Shown here piece by piece: positions 26,846 through 40,604 of a stretch of DNA of 64,000 nucleotides (its first letter is position 1; the number at the start of each line of letters is the position of its first letter). The stretch is from NCBI RefSeq assembly GCF_006345805.1, contig NC_042998.1:171430001-171494000 (forward strand). The letters are read 5' to 3'. The translations under genes were made by a program, and so were the position numbers. Below the pieces are notes generated by a model, which saw only the letters and a program-made list of their open reading frames with translations, had not been told where the DNA came from and ran no database searches. The DNA comes from Octopus sinensis (taxonomy: Eukaryota).

Positions 26846-27271
26846 GGATCTTTTCGGTTTCAACGGCAGTTTTTTCTAGCGGTGTCATATGAAATTGTCA
26901 CCCATAATTATGTTCCTAGTATCGATCTATTGCCTTTCAATCTCTTTTAGGGTTAGGGTTAGGGTTGGGGGTGGGGGGAAGGGTATATTTTTTCTTCAGA
27001 AATGTAAATAAACCCAATCTGTTTCTTAAACGAGGGACATATTCATACGGCACAGAATGTTTTCACCTCAAACAGACGTCATTGAATGGTTAAAATTGCA
27101 AAAATTGAAGAAAAAAACAACAACAAATATCTTACAAACTATAGAATTTTTCTCAATAAAGCCAAGAGAAAAAGATGTTTTATAAACACATTCTACCAGT
27201 ATACGAAGTTTAAAAGTGTTTAGTTACGTAGAAATTATTTTTAAAAACTGCCGTTCAAACAGAAAAGATCC
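26846..27271. mobile_element. ~425 bp MITE with TTAGGG core (copy 3)
   Basis: Same TIRs. 8 bp TSD AAAAGTCA (26838-26845 / 27272-27279). Confidence 0.9.
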
Positions 27272-27543
27272 AAAAGTCATTCTATGAATTTCCTCCAGAC
27301 TCAAATTAATTTCATCTAAAATTCAAATGAAATATCTGTCATATATCTAATTAATAAATAACAAGCTAAATCATACTGAAGAATTTTGAAAATAATGAAA
27401 TAATGCTTCTTCCACATATTCCTTAATTTCAGATTCTAGCTTTTAATCTTCTAACGTATTGTGAACAGATGGCTATCTTTCTAATATTAGAGGCCAAAAA
27501 CACAGAGGAACTACATATATTTGTAATATATACCATTATCAAA

Positions 27544-27755
27544 GGTGGCGAACTGACAATCGTTAGCATGCCGGGCAAATTCCTTCGCGGCATTTCGTTC
27601 GTTTTTACATTCTGAGTTCAAATAGTACCGAGGTTGACTATGTCTTTCATCCTTTCGAGGCCGAAAAAATAAGTACCTGTTGAGTACTGTGGTCGATGTA
27701 ATCGACTTAACCCCTCCTCCAAAATTTCAGACATAGTGTCTAGAGTAGAAAGGAT
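27544..27755 (+). mobile_element. Family A SINE
   Basis: Family head, core and tail. Confidence 0.8.
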
Positions 27756-28974
27756 TATATACCATTATTCGTCCATATTCATATCACTGGCTTTTCGAGT
27801 AATTTTTCTTTGCTCTTTGTTATTTAAATTTCTTAAAAATTACACTAAACCGTTCATGTTTTCTACTCTCTATGTATACACCTGAGTCCCAAGACTGCTT
27901 GAATAAAGGTTGGATCACTGCTGTACTGATGGACATCTGCTGAGAGAAAAAAAAATCTACATTAATTTTCCTCTCTCCAGAAAACCTCACTTACTTTAAT
28001 GGATGTGTACATAAACACACACGCATACCCACACACATACACACGCACACGCATACACACACATGCGAACACACATGCACACACACACATACACATGCAC
28101 ACATACACGCACACACACGGGTCACACACAGACGCAGGTTTGTGAGTGTGTGTCCTTTCTCTGTGTGTGTGTCCTTCCTCTGTGTGTGTGTGTGTATTAT
28201 TGTTCCCGAAGTCAGCTCTATTCAAGTTTACCCATTATCGATTGCATTCTAACTGTGACAATCCCATCTACTTATGGGATGTCCATTTTTATGGTATTTG
28301 TGTGAATGTACACATACACACACACACAGGGTGTACAAGGTGTGTATGCACACATACACACAAAAACGCACACACGCACACACATACACATGTGCACGCG
28401 CAAACCGTGACACACGAATATATGTTTATATAATATAACATCTAACAGAATAAAAACATTTCAAGGCGTACATTGAAATGACTTAAGAAATATATTTTTA
28501 TTCTTGTAGACAAAATGAAGCAGTATTTAATTAAAATAGCCATATGTGTACCATACTTAATGTATATACACAGTTGATAGGCCAGTTACTACAGTATCTG
28601 TCCTGAGATAACATCACTTATGGACGTGCTTTGTTGAAAACTCACTAAATATCAGAGGAAGGGGAAAATTCATCCCAACACCGACCAGCTAGAGCACCAC
28701 TGACTCAATTGGGCGGCTATTTGCAACGTTAGTGAGTGTTTTATTCACTTTCTTCCTATATCTGAGACAAAAAATTCTAGTTCGGGCATGTGGCTGTCTT
28801 TTAATACACGCCATTGAATAGACCCCAAATGGTTGAAATACGTCTGCCACTCACACTGGCCACTGCTACGACGAATTTTCATCTCTTTCTGATATTTATT
28901 GTGTTTTTAGCTCCCCCATTCCCTAAGAGATGTGTTTTCTTATGCAGTAACTGATCTATCGACATTTGTATATA

Positions 28975-29393
28975 TTCTTTTCTACTCTAGGCACAAGGCC
29001 CGAAATTTTTGGGGGAGGGGGCCAGTCTATAAAATCGACCCCAGCACGCAACTAGTACTTAATTTATTGACGGCGAATGGATGAAAGGCAAAGTCGACCT
29101 CGGCGGAATTTGAAATCAGAACGTAAAGACAGACGAAATACTGCTATGCATTTCGCCCGGCGTGCTAACATTTCTTATTTCTTTATTGCCCACAAGGGGC
29201 TAAACATAGAGGGGACAAACGGATTAAGTTGATTACATCGACCCTAGTGCGTAACTGGTACTTAATTTATCGACCCCGAAAGGATGAAAGGCAAAGTCGA
29301 CCTCGGCGGAATTTGAACTCAGAACGTAACGGCAGACGAAATACTGCTAAGCACTTCGCCCGGCGTGCTAACGTTTCTGCCAGCTCGTCGCCT
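28975..29393 (-). mobile_element. Family A SINE, dimeric
   Basis: Two GGATGAAAGGCAAAGTCGACCTCGGCGGAATTTGAA blocks. Same dimer architecture as 20705-21075. Confidence 0.85.
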
Positions 29394-29596
29394 TAGGCTC
29401 TGTATGTATCAAGAGTGATTGGGTGATGGTTATGCATATTTCATTTTAGTATATCTGCATTGAAAAGCCCATCCATTCAATCATTCATTTATACATGCAT
29501 GCATACATACATACATGCATGCATGCATACATACATACATACATACATACATACATACATACATACATACATACATACATACATACATACATACAT

Positions 29597-31110
29597 CGTG
29601 ACTGCTCCGTTATTCATAGATGATTGCCATCTCTCTGAGTTTCCTCGTTGTCAATGACAATCCTAACCTTCCGTCTATGAGCTCTCAGATGACTATTCAG
29701 TTCCGCTGCAGATCTGTATGGTTTGAAGCATAAGTGACAGGCAAAAGACTATGACACCGGATTGATCAGATCACTTTGTGAGAAATGATCTCTGTGAACC
29801 ACCATATGTTTCTTCGGACCCGAAATCAACTTTCAAGCCCTTTCACATACTACACACGTCAAATCACCCGGCTTAGGAGGAAGGACGTTACATACAGTTG
29901 ATCTTTCATGGGATTTCAAATATTTGACATACCTAGCCTTAGGAGTTCATGGTCACAGGTTTCTCACCTGCAGTACTTCTTTTTCTCATTGAGGTTCTGA
30001 GGACGGACATCTCCAAAGCCAGCGTTTTAGGCGTTCGTGCTCAAGGCGACTCTCTTCAAAAAATTTATAGCTTTTCCTTATGCGCTTCCTCCACTTAGCT
30101 AGTTCTTGCTTGTGTTTTGCATTGATTTACAGTTCCTTCATGTTGCCTTTTATGCAGCCTTTGTCTCTTTGTGGGTTGTGCTGAGGACGCTTTCTAGTGC
30201 ACAGCCTATTGTACAACTGTTGCTTTGAAATCCTGTTATCTTCCATGTGCACAAAATGGCCTGTCTAACGCATCGGAGCAGATGCGATGAGTGATTGGAC
30301 GCTTGTGCAAAGATTTTTGATTCATGCCTTTTACTTGATGCTGAGTAAACATTTTCGATAAAAAAAAAAGCTCAAGCTGCTTGAGATGCTTACGGGGTAC
30401 TGTCCATGTTTCAGAAGAGTACAATAGAGCTGTTAGTACGCAGGCCTTGTAAATGCACAGCTTAATATTGCTCAGACTCTCTTTTCAAGATTCCTATATG
30501 TTACAGATGCTTTCTGAATGTGTGGATGTATTTCTGCATCTAGGAAACCATCTCTCGACAACATGATGCCTAGATAAACAAAAGTATCAACCATACCCAA
30601 TCCTTTTAGTACGATATCTCGTTCGACATACGGTTCTCATTGTGCAGATATGAAGATTACTTAGTGTTATTTTTCAGACGTAATTAAAGACCAAAGGCCA
30701 TACTTGAAGCAGCAAAACGATCCATAAAGTGTGGTATGTTATCAGTAATGTGAGCCAGGAAGTCAACGTCATCGTCATCGTCATAAAGGAGTTCTCTGAT
30801 CAAAGTTTCAAATGTTTCCGACTTCAAGTTGAACCATTTCAAACTGAAGACTCTTCCAGTAAATCTGAACTGTAAGAGGACGTTACCATTACAGTCGTGG
30901 AATGCATGAGCAGAACAGCAAATATTATTGAAAAGAGCGTAGGAACAGGAATACTGCTTTGCTTTACTACATTGTCGATTGGAACTTCATCAGACAACTT
31001 TCCGTTGAAGACGACCCGAGCCTTTGGCGCATCTGCTTAAACATACTTGACAAACAATGGTTGGCACACGACCTTTCCAAGGATAGTACACAGTGTATCT
31101 CTTTTAATAG
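29597..31110 (-). mobile_element. Decayed RTE-clade LINE (RT + C-terminal C2H2-like finger) with (GTAT)n tail
   Basis: ELLYDDDDDVDFLAH (YADD region), LLYSSETWT..RKHLKQLELF and LTCVVCERA*KLISGPKKHMVVH. The 3' end abuts a microsatellite tail. Confidence 0.75.
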
Positions 31111-31180
31111 AGTCAAAAGCTTATACAACCTACATACATACATGCATACATACATGTGTGTATGTGTATATATACACATT

Positions 31181-31249
<69 letters not shown>

Positions 31250-31972
31250 AGAATCGTTTGCTCGTCGGGACAAAGTGCTTAGCGGCATTTTTACCGGTTC
31301 TTTACGTTCTGAGTTCAAATCCCCGCGTGATCAATTGTGCCGTTCATAACTTCGGTGTCGTTGAAATAAAATACCAGTCAGGTACTGAGCTACTATATGT
31401 AATGGACTTACCTCTTCCTTCAAAGATTGCTATCCTTAAACTTTGAAACGGACTGGGCTTCCGTTCATGGGTTTTGTTGTGATCTCGGTTACGTATGGAC
31501 ATCGGTAACCGGTCTTATAAGTCCTATGTTTCAAGAAGAAAATATATATTCATATGTATCTAAATTTATATTTACACACACACACACACACACACACTTG
31601 ATATATATAATTCTTTTTGTTTTTTGGAACAGTGAATTTCGAAGCAGATAAAGCTATAAATAATAATGTGCAAATATTGCATTAAAAAACTTGTTTGGAG
31701 AGAAAAAATTGAAGGTTTGTGAGATACAACCGAAATCTATGATTATGAGACTTCGACCTTTTCTATCCAATGAGTTTTTAACACAATATTTACACGCTCT
31801 TTATAACTTTGTGCTTCGACATCCACCGTTCCAATAAATAAATAAATAAATGAATAAATAAAAAAGAATTATTTCACACGTTCTTTCGAATTTTATGAAG
31901 TCAACAGTTATATATACTATTCTATACTATATATATATATATATACTATAAGATATATATATATATATATAT

Positions 31973-32024
<52 letters not shown>

Positions 32025-32981
32025 TATATATAGTATAGTATATATAACTGTTGACATCATAAACTTTGAAAGAACACACACACCACACACACACACACAC
32101 ACAGACATATATATATATATATAATATATATCATATTATATTATATTATATTATATTATATTGTATTATATATTATATTATATTATATATATATATATAT
32201 TATATTATATAATAAATTATATTTACTGTTTGTAGTAATTCTTACAATCTCGTATATTCAAGTATTTTCTGTTCCGTTATATCATGTGAAAAGAATTATT
32301 GCGAGAAAAAAAATCGGAAAATATTGTTTCATAATTGCCTGTTACAGTGTTTGAATTTCTATGCTATGCTTATCTTAAGCGGATATTAGTCATATGCTAT
32401 ATTTTTTATGTATCATAAAATTTTAGCACCTTCACAAATACGGATCTTTTATAATGCCCGAAGAAGATATCTGAAACAAACAGCAAAACCATATTACATC
32501 TATCCAGGTTGACAGTGAGTTAGAATTTCCAAATATTAAGGTATTTAACCGTTATTACCGTCTCAGTGTAAAATGATTAAAAAACGAGAAATTGCTGTCG
32601 GCCTGTAGTGAATGTTAGCTTTCATTACAAAGCCATAAACTATGTTAGCGTCTCCTGTTTCATCTAAACAGGTATTGTGGAAAACGACAAGCTGGAGCGA
32701 CGAACTGGCGGAATCTCTAAACATAATTTCAGATCGAACACTTCCATGCCCCTCCTTGATAGATAGTTGTTAATAATTTTTTGTCTACCCGTTGTTTTTT
32801 TTTTACGTTCTGTTGTATTGTTTTAAAAAGTTCTATGTAAAACTAAATAGATAAAAAAAACTAAATAAAACGTTATTTTAGGAACAATTACAGTACTACG
32901 ACGTTGACATTTGTATCTGAATTCAGTAATTAAATGTTTGGAAATCTCACAAATCAATTTTAAAACCGCATACACAGACAG

Positions 32982-33067
<86 letters not shown>

Positions 33068-34134
33068 GACTGTTTCTTCGTAGATTGCAACTCCGAGTGA
33101 TGTGTTACTGTTTATAACGGAAACGTATAAAACGCATGAACATTTTAAAGGCCACGATAGCGATATATTGATATGTCTTCGAAAAGCATTCCTGTTTACC
33201 CCAAAACTTACTGGTGCTTGTTGATTTCTCTGGGTTGCCGAAGTCTGTAATTGGGTAGTGATATAACATTACCATCCAGTAACTAAGTTGCCTTATTTAC
33301 TTGAGAAAACACCTACCCCTTGGTAACTAAACATCAAATTCCGCAAAACAACAATTTGCTATCGCTGTTAGAGTCAAATGCTGGGCTATCAGGAAACTTG
33401 GATAAACAAGAATTAGAAAAAACAAATATTTGAAACATCTTTTCAATGTCAGCTCGGAGGCAAATAACGAAGCGGATTACACCTTCTGCAAACCTTAGAA
33501 TTTATTTCATGTGTATGAGTTGGGGATTATATCAAAATGATGACTTATTAACACTTCCCAATATTTCGCCACAAGCAATGGACAGGTCCAGAAAAACTGG
33601 TTCGGTTTAAAAATAAAAAAAAATATCTTTACAAATTACCGTATAAAATTAATTTGACATGATGTTACGCTAAACCTAAAAATCTCTTTATATTCTCACA
33701 TTCCTCCCACTTAATGATTCTATACACTACAACCATCCGCACCGAGTGATATAAGAATATCACTAGAAACCTAGATAAGAACATTTCCCTCTGGCTCTCA
33801 CATCTTTCTCCTAATGGAGAAATATTTACTGTCTTCTTGCAATACTATAATGATGTCCTGTAAGATTTATACAGACAACAGTCTAGAGCTTTAAACTGCA
33901 ATAGACGTAGAAACATTAGTCGATATTTCACACCCTACAACTCAGTGGTGCATCCCCAGTAGTTATATACTTCTTCACACTCCTCAGGAAAACACTTTCT
34001 CGTAAACTACGGATAGGACCTAACTTTTAAGTAAAACACCAAAATATTCTACTTCACTACCCTAAACTTTGTTCAATGCCTTGCCATTTCTAACATGTTC
34101 AAACTCAACAATAAACCTTCAAATAAGCTGCTCA

Positions 34135-34537
34135 TATACTCTTTACTCTTTTACTCTTTTACTTGTTTCAGTCATTTGACTGCGGCCATGCTGGAGCACC
34201 GCCTTTAGTCGAGCAGATCGACCCCAGGACTTATTCTTTGTAAGCCCAGTACTTATTCTATCCGTCTCTTTTGCCGAACCGCTAAGTTACGGGGACGTAA
34301 ACACACCAGTGTCGATTGTCAAGCGATGCTGGGGGGGACAAACACAGACACACACACACACATATATATATACATATATACGGTTTCTTTCAGTTTCCGT
34401 CTACCAAATTCACTCACAAAGCTTTGGTCGGCCCGAGGCTGTAGTAGAAGACACTTGCCCAAGGTGCCATGCAGTGGGACTGAACCCAGAACCATGTGGT
34501 TGATAAGCAAGCTACTTACACAGCCACTCCTGCGCCT
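34135..34537 (-). mobile_element. Full-length family B tRNA-derived SINE
   Basis: Head GGAGTGGCTGTGTAAGTAGCTTG...GGTTCAGTCCC, internal (TA)/(TG) tract, (AGAGTAAA)n-like tail. Confidence 0.85.
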
Positions 34538-34538
34538 A

Positions 34539-34592
<54 letters not shown>

Positions 34593-35963
34593 TGCCCACA
34601 TCTATAAGGATATAGATACAACACACACAAACATTCACACACACAAACATTCACACACACACACACACGTGTACACACATATGTGTTCCTATATATATGT
34701 AGCAAATTTTTCAGAGTATACATCGGGCTAATGTCTAAAGAATTCAAAATTAAGGTTTTCTATCACACGTATGCATTCAAGAATCCAGACAAAATAAAAG
34801 CATATTCAGTGTCTCGTAACATTTTGTGTATCCGTAATAACCACATACGATACAAGCTACGGTGGAATATTCTTACCAAAGTACTATCGTAGTGCAATGG
34901 CCGCCAGCCTTGTAATTTGTGCATTGTCGTAAATTTCTACTTTCTACGGTACATTCCTGAGGCAGTCTACATACATAAATTGTTTACAATCCTTATTATA
35001 TACGACATGCACTCTTAAAAAGGCAGACATTAAATTTGGGTGGCAACTCATACACATTCACCGCCTATCGATAAAGAACGAAAAACAAAAAATGCAGAAC
35101 GAACATATATGTTAGTTTAGGAACGTAAACCACGACAGGCATTGGCTAATAATGCAACGAACCAATGCACGCAAGTACTCAGAGATCGTACGTGCGTATG
35201 CTATACGCACAGAAATAAACAATACGCAAAGACGAATAATCAACAGACACAAAAGAAAGAGCTCATACACTTCAACCCACATTTTCAATTGATCTGGCCA
35301 CAACAAAATAAATAAATGAATACATAAATAAATAGCTAAATAAATAAATAAGAAGATTGCCTAAAATCATAGGAGTAGATTAGTTTAGACCAACAGATTC
35401 AATGAACGCTTGTCAAATATATCACGAACCAACACAAATTATCTAAATTTGGTACGTATGTACAGAAAAAATACTAGCACTAATATAAGTTGTACACGCA
35501 TTAACACTTGAAAGAACAGTCACAGAGACACACGAACTCGTACGCTTACGCAACTGCGATGCCCCTATCATAACAGAATACAATACAAGCCTAACTGTGT
35601 ATATATGTGAATGCGTGGATACATTTGAAGATATTTGCAAATGCGAGTGCATATTTTACACATGTGCAGGAGAAAATGTATACAGGCACAGACACACACG
35701 AACATATGCAGTCATATGTCTATGTATGTGTGCAGCGTATGTTTGCACGTATGTATGGTGTATGTGCGTATGTGCCTGTCTGTATGTATTTTTGCTTGCA
35801 CGTTTATATGTACCTGTATGTGAGTGTACCTGTGAACACGTACTGGTATAGCACTCGTACACGAAAACACACAAAACATCTAATACACACACATAAATGC
35901 ATAAACACAAGCGAATACACGCATTCCTGCCCACATGTACATGCTTGTATACGTGTTTGCATA

Positions 35964-36063
<100 letters not shown>

Positions 36064-36109
36064 TATATACATATACACACACACACGCACGCACACACAC
36101 ACACACACG

Positions 36110-36156
<47 letters not shown>

Positions 36157-36189
36157 CTGTAATATATGTGACAGCTATTCGGTTGCAAA

Positions 36190-36248
36190 ATAAAACTCCG
36201 AGTTTCGGATGTCGGGGCGGAAATCTGCTCCGGCATCTCGTCAGTTAT
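36190..36248 (-). ncRNA. Type I hammerhead ribozyme motif
   Basis: Minus strand reads ATAA-CTGACGA-GATGCCGG...CCGACATCC-GAAA-CTCGGAG-TT-TTAT. Lies ~35 bp from a (TA)n tract. Confidence 0.65.
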
Positions 36249-36535
36249 CAAGACAAATAAAAATGCTATGTAAATGACTGTTATTAGGACAAACAAAAGA
36301 GCTATTAGAATGAGTGTTAAATAAAGGGAAAAAACCTGAAGAGAAGAAAAAAAACGGTCACAGAATTCGCGTATGCGCGCATGTACATACATATATATGC
36401 GCGCGCGCACACCCACGTACATGTACCTATATGCGTATGCTCACTCACACTCGCGTGAAACACATGCTTGAACACCCACACACAAACACACCTATATGTA
36501 TACATATATGTATATATGTATATATATATATTTAT

Positions 36536-37041
36536 GTCAGGTCACTTTCGAGTGCTACTAGTAACATGTAACCCAGTACAACCTGTTGCATGGTCGGGTC
36601 GTCGGCGACTAAACCAAGCTTGCTTGGTGAGGAGGGTGTTTATTGGACACCCTGCGGGATGAAAAACAAAACCCGTCAAAGGGCGGAGGAACTCTTGAGA
36701 GTCAACGGCCATCCAATAAATGCCTTAAGGCTGTATCATGCGCGGGGACATATAAATAATGGGACTAAATACCCGATCGCGCGGTTAAACCATTAGGAGT
36801 GAAGGACTCCTAGCCTTTGTTAGGGCATCCTTTTAGGAGAAGGTAACTCAGGTAACTGGGATAACTCCGACATAAAACCTGCGGCTCAGTGGTTATCGAT
36901 GATGTTGACTTGTTCTTCTTTTCGGATTATGGGTGCTGTTGCTTAGTGAGTGGGATTAACTCAATGCACAGGCATTGCACGATAACAACATTGATTAAGC
37001 TTCGTGCAATGGCTATACTCGATAACGAGGGGGCAGCCACC
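36536..37041 (+). mobile_element. Non-autonomous element resembling an RTE LINE 5' UTR
   Basis: GC-richer insert between TA-rich tracts. GGGCATCCTTTTAGGAGAAGGTAACTC resembles the RTE 5' UTR motif GGCAACCAGTCTAGGAGAAGGAAAACTC, recalled from memory. Confidence 0.4.
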
Positions 37042-37067
37042 ATATATACACCATATATATATATATG

Positions 37068-37108
<41 letters not shown>

Positions 37109-37234
37109 GAAATATTAAAATTACTAAGTCTCTCTAAAAGAAATATATTACAATATCATCCAAAGTTTCCTTTTATTTTGTCATCAATAAAGTTAAGTAA
37201 ATAATTTTCCCTCGCATCATCGCTACATACATAA

Positions 37235-37329
<95 letters not shown>

Positions 37330-37334
37330 CATCC

Positions 37335-37424
<90 letters not shown>

Positions 37425-37430
<6 letters not shown>

Positions 37431-37670
37431 GTAGGTGTCGGAAGCGACACCTACTGGCTGGCTACGCTGCATTGAAAAGGGGCAATACCCCGAAACGCGT
37501 CTGTAGCTGCCGGTCAAGTAGTGTGGAGCGACTGACCACCCTTGTTCGAAGGTTATATGGATACAGTTTGTGTATCAAATAGCTAACTTAAGGCGATGGC
37601 CTCATGGAGCTAATAAGCGGACAGCTTTATTCTTATTTTTATAAGAATGCCATATTAGTATGGCGATAAC

Positions 37671-37676
<6 letters not shown>
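37425..37676 (+). mobile_element. Non-autonomous hammerhead-bearing element in (TA)n (copy 2)
   Basis: (TA)n on both sides. Near-identical to 2542-2778 (reverse complement). 5' hairpin AGTAGGTGTCG-GAAG-CGACACCTACT. Confidence 0.75.
37466..37507 (+). ncRNA. Minimal type I hammerhead ribozyme (U3-A8 variant)
   Basis: GCTGCA-TTGAAAA-GGGG(CAATA)CCCC-GAAA-CGCG-TC-TGTAGC. Predicted cleavage after C37501. Confidence 0.8.
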
Positions 37677-37758
<82 letters not shown>

Positions 37759-38951
37759 TTATGTATGTAGCGATGATGCGAGGGAAAATTATTTACTTAA
37801 CTTTATTGATGACAAAATAAAAGGAAACTTTGGATGATATTGTAATATATTTCTTTTTAATTAACCTTACAATCGGATATCATAAATCTGTCTGGGTACT
37901 GACTAGCAGACAGTATAGTGTTTTTAAATGGTTTGCGTATTTAAAAACATTTTTTATGTTATTCACGGCAGAATTTGGATTCTGTGAAACAATATAACTA
38001 CCGGGCTGCGATAAATTCTTGCAAGAATAATTTTTCGTAATGATTTGATAATGTAACGTAAAGTATAACCTTGCTTAACAGATATATTCATCAACGAATC
38101 GCGTGTAAGTGTGTAGTAAATAAACATAAAAACATATCCCCACACTTGAGTTTTTTTCTATACATATTCTGTGTATTAGATATCGATGGAAAACAAGATA
38201 TTTCATTTTTTACTCGAGCGGATTTTCCGAACTATAAAGTTATGCATGGAGTTCTAGTTATTGCTTATATGATGCATCTGCAATACACATACATACATAC
38301 TTCTTACAAACTACATCCACCAACATTATGATATAATTCCGAACGCCCAGAAACAGCTGTCGGATCTGCGATACCATATCGTCTCTGTTTAATTTTTTGT
38401 GTCATTGTACTCTGTAAGTTTGCTCTGTTAATATATCAATATCTATATTTATACATCGTCTGAATATTTTCAGTCTTTATTTTCTCTCTATTTACATGTA
38501 TATATGAATATACATTTTGTATATATAGCCTAAGTGGATTTATTTGTTTATTTGCATCATTATCTCCATATTTACTCACCTGAATTCCTCTTGTAGCTGC
38601 TCTTTACCTCGTGGACCTGTGTAAGTTGAAATCATTTGAGCGCTACAAAATGTTTTCTATATTGAGCATTTCTGTATCTCATCTCTTGACTCTATACAGT
38701 TACATACATACACGCCCCTCACACACACACGCTCATCATATATATATATATATTATATATATATATATATATTATATATATATATATATTATATATATAT
38801 ATATATGCGTGTGTGCGTGTGAATGCGTGCTTGATTTGGAAAATGGTTATATATATATATATATATACATGTGTGTGTTTGTCTGTGTATGTATGAATAC
38901 ATACATACATATCTCTCTCTGTCTCTCTCTCTGTCTCTCTCTCTCTCTGTC

Positions 38952-39004
<53 letters not shown>

Positions 39005-39557
39005 GTATTATGTATGCTTATATGCATACCAATGTATCACTGTATCGAGCAGACTATAGGATGTTATACACCGCTGGTCAGATTGCGCTTCTTCGCACTG
39101 TTGTAGTTTTTGAATGGTGTCCCCCACCTGGATAGGCATGTATGGTATATTCTGTTTATGATCATCACGTCGTGGCTTAAGAAATAGTCGTCTACTTTTC
39201 TAATAGGTCACAAGACTATATAGAAGTTCCTACTTTGGATCGTTTAGCAAGTAATTATATCTCTCGTTAATTGGAATTTTCATGGTTTTCGACTTTAGTA
39301 TATAATACTAGCACTAAATGTCTCCATACTTCTTGTATGTATATTTCCATACAATGTTTGTAACAATGCAGGTACATGTCTAAAGTTGATATTGCGTAAA
39401 GCTTGCTGAGTTAATATAAATTCGGTGTCGGCAATTAAAACAACATTGAATGATAAACACCACACCATCATTCCTGTAACTGGAGTATATACATTAAGAA
39501 TAATATACAGAATGCGTTTATAATTTAATGCTGTTTTAACTCATGATTTGCACCAAT

Positions 39558-39860
39558 TTGGCTTGTCTTTTTCTGGCTTTGTTCGGTTAAATTTCGATTT
39601 GTGAGCACCGGTGTGTTGACTGTTCCATGTATATGAGTGTGATGTATTTTTATGTTTAACGAGTCTTTTTTTATCAAGAAATATCAAATAAAGGCTGGAA
39701 AGAAAAATCAATTGATTTTCTTCAAACAGCATGTCAGACAGCAAAATTATGATACGTTGTTAATGATCAGATTATATGCTATAATGATTAAGAATAAACG
39801 TTAATGTGATATGATTGTTATGTTTTTTCCTGCAGATTTTTCTTCTCTGGTGAACTTAAA
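39558..39860. repeat. ~300 bp diverged direct repeat (second copy ~42159-42460)
   Basis: TTTGGCTTGTCTTTTTCTGGCTTTGTTCGG...TTCTTCTCTGGTGAACTTAAA occurs twice. Confidence 0.85.
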
Positions 39861-40604
39861 ATAGTAGAATGTTAAATGTTCATTCTGATTGAACTAGTAC
39901 TTTCATGCATTAAATTATGCAATCTTCAGGTTCATGTTGTAGTGGTGATAGTCATGCTTCACAATTTTTGACTGTAGCGAGATGGTTAAATCTGTGCCTT
40001 AAATACACCTGTGTGGGCTCCAGATTGCTAGGTTTTGCAAACTGTATTCTGACCAATCAGTGTGTAGCATCACTCAATTACTTAAGCTGATTGGTTGGTT
40101 TATGCGTCACGCTTTGTTGAACATGTCAAGAGTCCTGTATCTTAACCCTGGCCGAGGCATCAATTGTTGGGGTATTTTTAGAAATGTTGTAAATAGCCTT
40201 TGTCGGGGATTTTTATATTTCAATTGTCATCATCATCATTGTCAGCACCTTAATTATTGTTGCTAGTGGTGATGGTGGTGGCAATAGAACTTTTAACCCT
40301 AAATAAGATAATTTTCCTGCTATCTTCATCTTGATCACCTTTAGTACTGTTGTTGTTGTTAGTGGTCATGGTCGTAGCAGTAGAAGTAGTACCTCTAAGT
40401 ATTATTATTATTGCTTATTTATCTTGGGTTCGAATTTATCAATAAAATTCTTTTCTCTGATTTTCCTCTCGATTTCACTTGGTCTGTGTAATTTGTAGAA
40501 TGGAAATATTATATATATTTTCCGACCACATGTTGCTAGGTGAGATACCTTTGAGTAACCACCTAGCAACATGTGGTCGGAAAATATATATAATATTTCC
40601 ATTC
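39861..40604 (-). mobile_element. 5'-truncated PLE (GIY-YIG C-terminus + 3' UTR) with inverted 5' end
   Basis: HLATCG...IFPFYKL....ERKIREKNFIDKFEPKIN* is homologous to the C-terminus at 57540-57709. 45 bp inverted repeat at the truncation point. Hammerhead in the 3' UTR. Confidence 0.8.
39890..39934 (-). ncRNA. Minimal type I hammerhead ribozyme (U.U at helix II base)
   Basis: Minus strand reads TGAAC-CTGAAGA-T-TGCAT(AATTTA)ATGCA-T-GAAA-GTAC-TA-GTTCA. Helix III is palindromic (AGTACT). Confidence 0.8.

Larger units (their letters stand above)
37136..37856. repeat. Inverted repeat: ~100 bp unique arms plus (CTAT)n/(ATAG)n enclosing a hammerhead element
   Basis: 37136-37240 is the reverse complement of ~37752-37856. 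Confidence 0.9.

Noticed and set aside
36536-36630. Possible HDV-like ribozyme at the start of the RTE-like 5' UTR (GG-GTCG..CGAC-TAA)
   Set aside because: I could not assign P1, P2 and P3 by eye. It needs a descriptor search on the family consensus.
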